From Octopus vulgaris (Eukaryota): DNA of 64,000 nt. Both the position numbers and the translations under genes were made by a program. Below, piece after piece: positions 1 to 11,760 of this stretch; within the stretch, counting starts at the first letter, position 1; the number at the start of each line of letters is the position of its first letter. The notes below the pieces were generated by a model. The model saw only the letters and a list, made by a program, of their open reading frames with translations, ran no database searches and had not been told where the DNA came from. The stretch is taken from positions 169,136,001-169,200,000 of the forward strand of contig OX597815.1 of NCBI GenBank assembly GCA_951406725.2, given 5' to 3'.

Positions 1-2951
1 TTAGGTGAACAAATTGAATCTAATACTTATTTTCTTTAAGTCTGGTTCTTCTTCTAACGGTCTCCTTTTACCCAACTGCTAATGTTACAGGGATGTAAAC
101 AAACCAACACTGGTTGTCAAGCAGTGGTGGGAGACAAACACACACACACATACAATGGGCTTCTGTCAGTTTTTGTCTATCAAACCCACTCATAAATCTT
201 TTCTTGACCTGAGGCTATACTATAAGACACTCATGCAAGGTGCCACAGAGTGGGACTGAACCCAGAACCATGTGATTGGAAAGCACACAGCTACATTTGT
301 GTCTATCTACACCAAGATGATCAGATAAAAAAAAATGTTACAAAACTCCAAATTTCGAATAAAATCTTTTGTTGTGTTCAACCTAAATCCATAACTTCAA
401 CACCTGACAGGTATACACCTATCAACCTCATGTGAAACTCAGTCATGTGGCATTGTTTGTTGGTCATCATACTACATTACCATCCTTATTATTTTTATAT
501 AGCTGAGTGATTTTGTTTTGTCAAAAAATCTCAGCTGATCACATACAGACACAGACAATTTTGACTCTTTAGAAATCAGATTATATGTCAAATGTAATGC
601 TTATTTATTCTAATATTTTAAAAATTAAACATGCATTTCCTCATAAGTTTCAGATTTCCATATGATTGTTTATTTTACACTGACGTTGTAGCATAGGTGT
701 GAAAGGCAGGACCCAGCCAGTTTGAAAATAAAACTGGGAAAATATTTTGACTGGATATCATCATCATCATGGTTGTTTAACGTCTGCTTTCCATGCTAAC
801 ATGGGTTGGACGATTTAACTGAAAACTGGCAAACCAGATGGCTGCACCAGACTCCAATCTGATCTAGCAGAGTTTCTACAGCTGGATGCCCTTCCTAACG
901 CCAACCACTCCGAGAGTGTAGTGGGTGTGCTTTTAAGTACCACCGGCACGAGGGCCAGTCAGGCGGTACTGGCAACGGCCACGCTCAAATGGTGCTTTTT
1001 ATGTGCCACCTGCACATTAGCCAGTCCAGCGGCACTGGCAACGACCATGCTGAAAGGCTAATAATAGCTGATATCGAAGTTGGTTGATTTCTTCAGTCAC
1101 ACTTTACATTGTATAGAGAAGGAGAGAGAATAAAAGAGAAATCCAGAGTTAATCATAGGGAATGATCATTTTTCTTTTGAAAATTAGTATTCATTTTATC
1201 ATTTTGTATAAGCACCAAGAAATTTGATAACAGTGAAATTGTAATTATTTTATGTGTGACATATTTTCAAGTATTGCTCATGTTGGCAAAAAAGTGTATG
1301 TGCAAAAGTAGTGTTACCCATCTGTTTCTTTATTACCCACAAGGGGCTAAACAAAGACAGACAAAGAGATTAAGTCAATTACATCGACCACAGTGTGTAA
1401 CTGGTGCATAATTTATCGACCCCAAAAAGATGAAAGGCAAAGTCGACCTCGGCGGAATTTGAACTCAGAACGTAACGGCAGACAAAATATGGCTACGCAT
1501 TTCGCCCGGTGTGCTAACGTTTCTGCCAGCTCGCTGCCTCATGTAGTGTTACTCATCAGTTGAAATGCAACACACTAGTGTGTATATATATCATCATCAT
1601 CTAACGTCTGTTGTCCATGGGTCGGACGGTTTGACCAGGGCTGGTTAGCTGAGGGGGCTACACCAGACTCCAGTCTGATTTGGCATAGTTTCTATGGCTG
1701 GCTGCCCTTCCTAATGCCAACCACCCCGAGAGCGTAATGGGTGCTTTTTACCTGCCAGTTATGTGACACGACTACGATTTCATATGGCTCGATGCCATGA
1801 CTACGATTTCATATGACTTGATAGGGCTTCTTTTCAAGCACAGTATATTGCCAAAGGTCTCAGTCATTTGTCATTGCCTCAGTGAGGCCCAATGCTTGAA
1901 AGGTGCCGTTTATGTGCCACCAGCTTGGTTGATAGTTATGCAACATCGGCCACATTGCCTCCACGAGGTTCAATGTTCAAAAGGTGCTTTATATGTATAT
2001 ATATATTTCTTTATTACCCACAAGGGGCTAAACATAGAGGGGACACAAACAAGGACAGACAAAGGGATTAAGTCGATTACTTCAACCCCAGTATGAAACT
2101 GGTACTTTATTTATCAACCCCAAAAGGATGAAAGGCAAAGTCGACCTCAGAACGTAACGACAGACGAAATACCGCTAAGCATTTCGCCCGGTACACTAAC
2201 GTGTCTGCCAGCTCGCTGCCTTCAATATATATATATATACATACACACACACTAGACTACCTGTGACCGTTGGATCACTGATAGTTCAGGTTATAAAACT
2301 TGAAGCTGACTTCAACATTGCATGAAATGAAAGTTAATTTTATGATGATTCATTTAAATATTTCAATTCATTTGTGTCATCATAGGTCTGGTTTACAAGT
2401 TCATGTTTAAGGTTTTATTGATTATTTACAGCATCTAATAGAAATAGAACTTCCGGGATAAACTTGAACCCTAGTAACAGCATTTATTTATGGCATATGT
2501 GAACACTTCTACAAAAATGCACAAGGAATTGTTATATAACATAAACACAGAATTAATGGAAACAAAGTGTGACAAGGCCGGCCCTTTGAAATACAGGTAC
2601 TATTTGTTTTTGCCAGCTGAGTGGACTGGAGCAATGTGAAATAAAGTGTCTTGCTTAAGGAGACAATGTGTCGCCAGGAATCGAACTCATGACCTTACGT
2701 TTCAGAGTTATGTTACTTTTGGAGTATTTTCCCATTATGCACTGTTTTGGCTATTTATGAAGGTACCCCCAAAAACTGCATATCTCTGGAATCAATGGTC
2801 TGATTTACGCAAAACTTGTTTTATTCCATTTGCATTCACATTTCAGGAGTACCTTACTTTCAGAGTATTTTCCTATTATGTGCCGGCTTGGTTGTATTAA
2901 ATTACAGACAAACATGCACACAAGCAATCATAGAGTTTTAGTAGTATATAA

Positions 2952-3252
2952 GGAGCACTCTGTTGGTTATGACGATGAGGGTCTCATCTGATTCGATCAA
3001 CGGAACAGCTTGCTTGTGAAATTAACATGCAAGTGGCTGAGTACTCCACAGACATGTGTTACCTAAACGTAGTTCTCAGGGAGATTCAGTATGACACAAA
3101 ATGTAACAAGGCTAGCCCATTGAACTACAGGTACAACTTATTTTCGCCAGCTGAGTGGACTGGAGCAACATGAAATAAAGTGTCTTGCTCAAGGACAGAA
3201 TGCGTCACTGGGAATTGAACTCAGTGCCTTAACCACTAAGCCACACACCTTC
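2952..3252 (-). mobile_element. tRNA-derived SINE with Meta/MESC-like domain (representative copy)
   Basis: Minus-strand CCTTGAGCAAGACACTTTATTTCAyGTTGCTCCAGTCCACTCAGCTG core. Related copies at ~2564-2705, 4825-5140 and 56465-57005. Confidence 0.72.
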
Positions 3253-3729
3253 ACTAGTAATTAATATATATTATATTCAAAGAAACTTAGAGGTTGTAAA
3301 TCCAACCAACTAAGGGATAATATCTATCCAATATACTGCTTGTAGAATACCCAATTATTAATACACAAGTGTTTTTTATTGCATTGCAATTACATTACCG
3401 AGTGTACTAAATGGATGAAGGTAAATAGATATTTTACCATTATATATATATATAGAGTAATCAAAGCCGAAAGTGTCATAGAGCCACACACCTTCACTAG
3501 TAATTAATATATATTATATTCAAAGAAACTTAGAGGTTGTAAATCCAACCAACTAAGGGATAATATCTATCCAATATACTGCTTGTAGAATACCCAATTA
3601 TTAATACACAAGTGTTTTTTATTGCATTGCAATTACATTACCGAGTGTACTAAATGGATGAAGGTAAATAGATATTTTACCATTATATATATATATAGAG
3701 TAATCAAAGCCGAAAGTGTCATAGAGCCA
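3239..3729. repeat. Near-perfect 243-bp tandem duplication
   Basis: 3239-3481 is repeated at 3482-3724 with AGCCA microhomology at the junctions. Confidence 0.95.
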
Positions 3730-3971
3730 TATTTTAGTTGGTCTTGTCAAGCAGTTTTGCACAGAGTAATAGATAACAAAATGTTGCCTTCAGGGATGCC
3801 AGGTATACCTTAATGCAGTTATTTAATATCCAGTGTGAAACCAATTGGTGAGATCAGTTGAAATAGATCTATTATACAATTAACTTTGATTAATATACCC
3901 ACTCTATTGACAAATATACTAGTGTCCATATTTCTCTTGCCATGGCTTCTCAGACAACTATGTATGTAACA

Positions 3972-4794
3972 CAGGGTGTCCAGGCTAAATTTGATGATTT
4001 TTATATCACCTTTTTTTACTGGTGAACAGTCAATGGTGTTGGAGAGCATAAAGATTAAAATTGTAGCTCAGAAAAAAGGACTGGAAGCTATCTGAATATT
4101 GGAAAAGAGTTATCAGTATAATAATGATTTATGCTGGGTATCAAAATGCTGGCATCATGACTGCTGCTCACTGCTCTGTGAGCACTGTAAAGGCTGTGAG
4201 AGATGACATGGACAGCTGCAACAGAGACAATAAGATCTTTGGATTTGTCTCCAGGTGGGTGACATTGTGCCAACCTACATCTTAATTCAGATGGCTATGT
4301 GAAGCTGTTGGAGATTGTGGTCAAACCCTGGCTGGAGAGGATTGCTGCTGGAAGGCTATATGTGTGACAGCAAACTTTGGCTCCTTGCCATACCACTGGA
4401 TGAAGTTAGAAGTGGTTGTCGTAGAATGTCGTAGCATCATCAACCCCAGTTTCTGGTCTAATTTCCCAGATTATAGTCCCATGGATTACCATATGTGGGT
4501 CACACTTGAGAAAGACACCAACTGCTCTCCCTGCAACACCAAGGCTGAGCTGGCAGTCAAGATCAAAGGGCTGTTCAATGATCTTTCCAGGGGCACAGTG
4601 AGGAATGCATGTCCCATGTTCCAGAGCCATCTTGAGGTCATGGTGGAAGCTGAGGGTGGCTGCTTTGTGTAAACTATCTCCCATCCATAATCTAGTTGAT
4701 ACTTTAAAAAAAATTTTTAAATACAGTTTTGTTTTTTTGGGGGTGGGATTCTTCTCCTTTAATGCAAACTGTCAAATTTAGCCCAAATATCCTG
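3972..4794 (+). mobile_element. Internally deleted Tc1/mariner-superfamily element (maT/DD37D-like)
   Basis: TIRs CAGGGTGTCCAGGCTAAATTTGA / TCAAATTTAGCCCAAATATCCTG. Remnant transposase C-terminus: VKPWL...APCH...PDYSPMDYHMW...VEAEGG. Confidence 0.8.
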
Positions 4795-6438
4795 TATATG
4801 TGTGTATAAATATGCACATACATAGGGTAAAAGGTAACGACCCTTTTTGGTCATGAATGACCATGGGATTGCACCTAGTTCCTCTCTTGGACACAAGTCC
4901 AAGCAAGGTTGTTTGTGGAAGACCAGTTTTTACCCATGCATACCAGCCTCCCCTCTCCATGCCACCGTTGTTATCCAAGGGAAAGGCACCAGTGACAATG
5001 CAATTCATTCCTACAGGTGACTGAACAGGAGTAATGTGAAATAAAGTGTCTTGTTCAAGAACACAACACACAGCCAGGTCCAGGAATCAAACTCAGTACC
5101 CCATTATTGTGAGACTGATGCTCTTAACCACTGAGCCATATACACAGCAAAATCACGATAATCTGTTGAACAGCTGTTAATTGACCGTATTGTACCAAAG
5201 ATGAGAACTTCGAACTTGTGTAGATTTCAAAGCTTTTATGGATCCAAACACCCAGTGCACCTTGGAATACTTACACTTATTGTTTGCAGCTACACTTCCA
5301 AGGAGACCAGCAAATATCAATTGATGTCCTAAGTTTCAAAACCATGGCCACTTTGCTGTTGCAGTTGCTTAGACCCAGAATTATCATATGGAGTATCTTT
5401 TATCTTTTACTTGTTTCAGTCATTATCTTGAAGGGTTTAGGCGAATTAATTGCCAACAGTACTTATTCTTTTGACGAACCACTAAGTTACAAGAATGCAA
5501 ACAAACCAATAACGGTTGTCAAAAGACAGTGGGGGACAAAGACACACACACCAGGCTTCTTTGTTTCCATCTACTAACTGCACTCACAGGGCTTTAGACG
5601 ACCTGGGCTATAGAAAACACTTGCCTAAGGTGCCACACAGTGGGACTGAATCCAAGACCACTTGGTTGGAAAGCAAGCTTCTTACCATACAACCACAACT
5701 GCATCTAAAACTTCGTTATCAAATGTGTACTTTCTAAGACTAGGTGTGATTTGACTGCTATTTCTTGCCGCTCGAGCGACAGCGTTGCGTCGGTGTTGTT
5801 GGTTCGTTGAAAAAGCGAAAGGGGGTTATTGTTACTTAGCAACAGGTTTAGCCTGATGAAGAAGGCCTATGATTAAAGGCTTCTAATCACGATCTGTTTT
5901 GTTTTTAGTTGTATATTTCGTTTAACGTGTAATTTAAAGATATGGCAAGTATCTGTAAGAGATCGAATGATCGTTTAAAGAAAGGTTACCTCATTGGCTC
6001 GAAGTAGGGGTAGGCATTAAATAAGTAAATAAATGATAGAGTGTGTGTGTGGGGTGGGTGGGGGTATCCAGATCTGCGTGAACTAGAAGCAGAACTCTTC
6101 CAGCAAGACATGGGCCCAAAAATACAGAGATACTGTACGGTACAGCTTCTGCAACTCATCAAAACGTGATGGATGAAACGAGGCACGATGTTGTCAGTTT
6201 GAATTTAGATATACGTTATAAGATTATCGTCATCCAGAGAGCTAATTCAGTTTTCTGTTCTACTAAATATTTTATATGGTAAACCATAATAATCAACGTG
6301 TCAATCAAGCCCAATGCATTTCTGCTTCTCTCTCGCCGATAGCGATGAATCAAATTTTTCTTTAATGATGCCGGTGTCTTTTACGTAACACTCTGTTTTC
6401 ATAATGGTTGCTGCGTTAGCTGTACAGTTCCCTCCAAG

Positions 6439-6498
6439 TGACGTCACGACTGCAAAGGAGGTGGAGAACAAATCACGTCAGGAAAGGAAGTAGCCAAT
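6439..6498 (+). promoter_or_regulatory. Promoter motif cluster of the PGC-1 family gene: full CRE, CRE/ATF variant, ETS core, CCAAT
   Basis: TGACGTCA 6439-6446, TCACGTCA 6473-6480, AGGAAGT 6485-6491 and CCAAT 6494-6498 lie within 60 bp. They are followed by a GA-rich tract (~6518-6621) and TATAAG 6643-6648, upstream of the first splice donor. Confidence 0.7.
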
Positions 6499-6967
6499 TA
6501 AAGAGCGTGCTAATGCGAAAGAGAGAGAGGCAACCGGAGACAGCGAAAGAGACAGAGAAGGAAAAAGAGAAAGAGTGAGCGAGGGAGAGAGAGAGAGCAA
6601 GAGAGAAAGAGAGCGAGAAAGATGTATGGAGGGAAGGGAGGCTATAAGGACAATGACTGCGATGAGACGAAGAGGGAGAAATGAATAAGAAGGAGTGGTT
6701 GTGACTGTAAGAGCGGGAAGTCGATATAGAAATCTATTTGGTTATTATTTTTTTCTGTCGGTATTTGCAATATGCTTAGTCGGTGCGTTACCGTTTTTAT
6801 GTTGCTGTTATTATTTTAGTGGATGCATCGTTCGGCACGTATTTTGCTAATCTCAACGCAGGATTTGGATATTCATTTATATTATAATCGACGATTTTGA
6901 TATTTTAAAGTTAGCCTGACATGTTCTATAGTTGGATGTACCCCATCTGTAACCAGTATTGTCCAAT

Positions 6968-6972
6968 ATGAA
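6968..6972 (+). CDS. PPRC1: PGC-1/PRC/Spargel-like coactivator, coding part of exon 1 (ATG AA)
   Basis: Canonical donor GTAAGT at 6973. ATG 6968 is the only ATG here that stays in frame through all downstream exons; an in-frame TGA lies just upstream. Confidence 0.6.
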
Positions 6973-9204
6973 GTAAGTTATCGATTTATCATTTATGTTA
7001 TAATTATATTTTTATTGTACAGTTTTGAAAAGTATATTTGAAATTTACAGGTTATAAAAAAAAATCGCCCATCGTTCTTATTAGGAAGCATTTTTGTGAC
7101 GTGAAAGGCTTCCTTCAATAAGCCACGTGTTAAACCTCACCAAAAGCGCTGTCTATTCTTTTCATTAAAATAAAAGAAAGTAATTTTTTTCATGTATTGG
7201 TATAAACTGAAATAATGCCTATAGTGGTTTCGAAAGGAGTCTTTAGCAGATTTATGGATTTTTTTTTCCCACATGCACACGTGTGTATATGTGTGATTCA
7301 TCTACGTCTTTGATACGCACATGTATGCAGTGGCCACAAAACGGGGATCTGTTTTCGTTTCGTAAACTATTGAATTTCGATCCCCCTCTTTATGATTTCT
7401 CTCGATACTTCTCCATTTTTATTTAAGCTTAAATTTTTATAGAATTAAATTATTTATATTCATTCCAGTTTGTTTATTGGCACTATCAATTTTAAATGCA
7501 CTCTCACTCTGCAACTAGAACTAGTTAAAACGAGCTCTTAGATCTTGCGCAACTTGATAACTGTTTTTCAACGTCACAATAGAAGGGAGGAGAGTTGGCA
7601 TTTTATTAATCCACATGGTATTTCTCTTTAACGACTTCTAAATTAGGCTTCTCTGCTTTTATACTTTCATTAAATTCTTAATGATCTCGAAATCAACTGA
7701 AGTTTCTTTGGGAAATATATAATAGAATTTACAATTATAAATATGACACGTCTGAAATATATAAAGAGCCTTAATCGTTATTTTGAAGTGATCTTATCCC
7801 ATCATTCCGTTGCTTTACTATTTAAATAAAGTATTTTAACTCAATTTTTCTGATGAGGTTGCTCTATGTGGTGTATTAAACAATTTAAAATGTTTTTTTT
7901 AAAATACCATTAAATGAAATTGCTTTGAATTCTCTCATTTAATCCTAGTAAACTTTTTAGTCGCAATTCACGTGGGTTTATTTTCGCTAGTCCGATATGA
8001 TCTGACTAAACATGGTATGTGATATCCACTCCTATGGCTTTTAGAAATAAATCTATTGTAATTTTTTTTTTCTTTTTCGTTAGTAAATATTTTTAAAGAC
8101 TTCAATCTTTCGATATACTTATTGAACTCCTTTATATAGTAATATTTTTCTTTTCCCCTTCTTTTCGGCAACCCGTTTCTCACTGATGGGCTTGCTTTAC
8201 CGGCAACATGAATCCCTAGATATATCATATTTCTTCCGTGTTTGCAGTCCTTAAAAAGATCGTCAAACGTTTTGAGAAATGAGACTTATAATCAATGTTA
8301 CAAAGATGAGAAATCTCATTTTCCTTCCTTGAGTTGTTTTTTCCCTCCTCAATTAAATGTTTTCGCTACTAAAACCTATATTCATTGTCCTTACGTGGAC
8401 TAAAATCATAAGTTGATAAAGCTTACGACCAAATCGCAGTCCTAAATATATATTGATTTATAATGATGTAGAATTTACATTTAACACATTTTATTGCCTA
8501 GGTATTCGCATTTAAAAAAAACAACTGTATTTAGGTCTATAAATTGTTGAAGACTTGATAAGAAATGTTTATATGAACTTTTCCATATGTACCTTAATCT
8601 TTTGAATTGAACTATGTTTTAAACAATTGAACTTTCAACTTTAAGACGATAAAATAAATAGCTCAATTACTCTCAATGTTAGAGATTATAAAGAATTATA
8701 GACCTGTGTTGATAGCCAATGATCATATCATAGATTTTTTCTGAAATAACTTTTCAGTTAAAAAAAAACATATTTTGGGGATTTTGTAATTTTATAATTC
8801 TTTTCTAGATTTTCTTTAATCCACCCCTATGATAAACAGCACTTGAATGATTTTTATTAATTGGGCAAAAGAGATCCTTTGTTTTTTAAAAAGGCTCGGT
8901 CCTACAACTTCAATTATTTCAGGTGTTTTGAGCTCTCGTCCTGCATAAAAATCTGAGACGTTCTAATTCACTGGGATAGTCTATTGTCCTTGCAATACTT
9001 CAATAGCCATGTGAAATGCTGAGTTGTAGTCAAAGTTCTTTCTGGAGAAAAATCAAATTAACTTAAGACGAAATTTCAAGGCAATTTTCCGCTCCAATTT
9101 TTAATTACTAACATTAAAAATAAAATTATAAATATTTATTATTGATTACATTTCATATTGTATTCTTTTTTATTGTGGCTGATTTTGTTTCTTTTGTTTT
9201 TCAG

Positions 9205-9230
9205 AAATAACAGCAGTAATCTTCATGACA
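9205..9230 (+). CDS. PPRC1: PGC-1-like exon 2 (26-nt microexon, KNNSSNLHD)
   Basis: Long polypyrimidine tract ending TTTCAG, donor GTAAGT; phase 2 to 1 fits both neighbouring exons. Confidence 0.65.
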
Positions 9231-11330
9231 GTAAGTAGTCATATCTCTTCAAGTAGCAAGCAACCTGTCGCCCTGTCGTTTTTTGTTCACAGGTCATTCA
9301 ACCGGACAGTGGACATGTTGCTTTTTTCTTCCTTCACCTCGTCTCATAACAAACACTTTCCATGGAATTTATTTTTAGTACTGGTCGCCGTTACCAAGGA
9401 CTTAAGTCTTGGATTTCCTTTGTACCACATAAGAGGCAAATAAACTGCTAATTTCAGGTCTCCTAGACTAAAAAGCAATTTCTTTCTCTCTCAACACACG
9501 AAGTCATTCATTACTAGCGAGAGGTTTCAACTCTCTTAACCAAAATTATCCTGTGATAATTTGTTTTGCAGAAGCTTATAAAACCAGTTTGTTTTCAATC
9601 CTATTTGCCCCCTCCTCTACTTTTTCACTGTGCTTTATTTTAAATCTGGTTTTGGAGTTTAAGCTTTGCAAACATTACTTCCATTGTGTTTGTTCAAATC
9701 TGGCTTTGAGTTAAAGCTTTGCAAACATTTAATTTATAGTTCCACTTGGTCTCCATCTCCTATCTAGTCTGAGGAAACTGTTGTTTTATGTATTAGGCTT
9801 AGTAACTCTTGTAATTGGTGTTGGATGGGAAATAGCTGACGGAAATGAATAACTGGCTTTTAGTAGCAACTGCTAAAATGTTGTGAGAAGATGGCTACTG
9901 ACTGCTGTAGTATATAGGGGATTAATTACACCAGGGCGACCCTAGCCAGGCGATCGCACTTTACAGGCATTGAAACTTGTACTAAAGAGGGCATGTTGTA
10001 GCGTTACTGGTTAATTTATTCAAATGTGAAATAATGTGGACAGTCAGAAGAGAGGTTGCGAGGATTTCCGAACGAATCTGATGCTTGTAAAAAAATTATG
10101 TACATATTAAAATGTCAAAACTTATGCTATTAATAAGAAAAAATAATAGAACCATCAGTGCGCGCGCGCATTGTGTCTGTGTGTTTATATATTTATAGCG
10201 AGAGAGATTTCTATCCAGCTAGTAATTATTTCGGAACCTAATCTTGATAGTAAAAATTGAATACTAAATATATTGAATTTATACATTTTAGAAATTTTGG
10301 GTTTACTATTCAATTATATCTATATCCCCCTTTTGTGAATTCGCTGAGTATTTTTTCCCCACAAATTGGCTGCTTTTAAATCCGTTATTTATTCAGTTTG
10401 AACAGCCTAATGAGATCTCGATAAAATTATTTCCCAATGTAGTTGTCCGTTGAAGCTATTTGCATGTCAAGAGGAAAGAATGTGAAATCAACAGAACCAT
10501 ATGTCTAAAGTGTCTCACTGCAGGGATACCGGCTTTCATCAGTGACGCACGTGCGCCTGGTAACGATCATCATCGTTGTGCGTCATCCTCGTTGATAAAT
10601 TTATTTTCTATGGAGCCTTTATTATTTCTTTTCCTCGTTCTGTAATTGAAAATTGATACCATGCTCTACATTCTTTTGTTTTGTCTCTTGTCAGCTGATC
10701 GCCAATTATTTAGTTAGCTTTCTCCCTCTTTTGTACTGCAAATGGGCAAAGGGCGATATATGAACCGAATTTATATTTGGCCATTTATATTACATAGCAG
10801 CTTGTCAAAAGCAATTCAAATATTTTTTTATAATATATCTGCTGACGATTTTACTTGTGTACTTTTATTTTAAAGACAATATAGGTCATACACGTGGCAT
10901 TTTAATACATGCATATGGTAGATATTTTAAATGAGTAGATACGGTCTAATAGTCATAATTTATTGCTTGCTGCGGTTTTTCAGTCAGATCAGTTATGCGT
11001 TGTAGTTTCTTTAGTCAGTGGAATTGCTTGCCATGTATACTTTTAAGAAATGATGCCAATATATAGGTTTTTCTGCGGTAATTTATGAAACTGAAAAGAA
11101 ACATCTGTAGGGCTTTGTTTAATGTCAGCTAAAATCCCAAAGTAATTTTTGTTCACTAACGGCGAAGTTTAATATGGAATTCATCACATGGCAAAAAAAA
11201 AAGTTGTAGGGAATTGTATGATAGGGGTTATTTAAACGTTTGCACTCGTTTTACTGGACTATTTTCAGGTGTAGTGTGATTGGTATAAATTGTATGAACA
11301 TCTTTGTTTAGATAAGATAAAATAGGCACA

Positions 11331-11760
11331 GGAGTGTACTCCCCACCGACCTTGTTTTTCGTCATAACTTTCTTAAAGATAATTTTTAACGAATTTTTTT
11401 TTCTTTTCTTTGGAGGATCATACCTCTTCCTTGGACTTAGTCAAATGCATATCTTTCAATAAAATTTTTTAGAGATACATTTTCGATATAGGTTACAATT
11501 TTACTCCCTCCCCTATTTTATAAAGACTACATACTCGAAGACTTATCTGAAAAATTAAAATATATAAAAAAAAATTCATTAAAAGCCATTGTGGGTTTGT
11601 GAAACGATTCCCCTTCTCCCATTTATTGCCTATTTTCAATGTTTCCCCCCCCCTCGTATCGTAATCTGCGCTATTTAAAATGTATTTCTGGAAATTTTTA
11701 TTTAAAAATGTGCATTTTAAAGAAAGTTGTAGGAAAACAATGTCAGTGGGAGAACACGCC
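11331..11760. mobile_element. Non-autonomous DNA transposon with ~45-bp imperfect TIRs
   Basis: GGAGTGTACTCCCCACCGACCTTGTTTTT...AACTTTCTT versus AAGAAAGTTGTAGGAAAACAATGTCAGTGGGAGAACACGCC. Confidence 0.65.
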
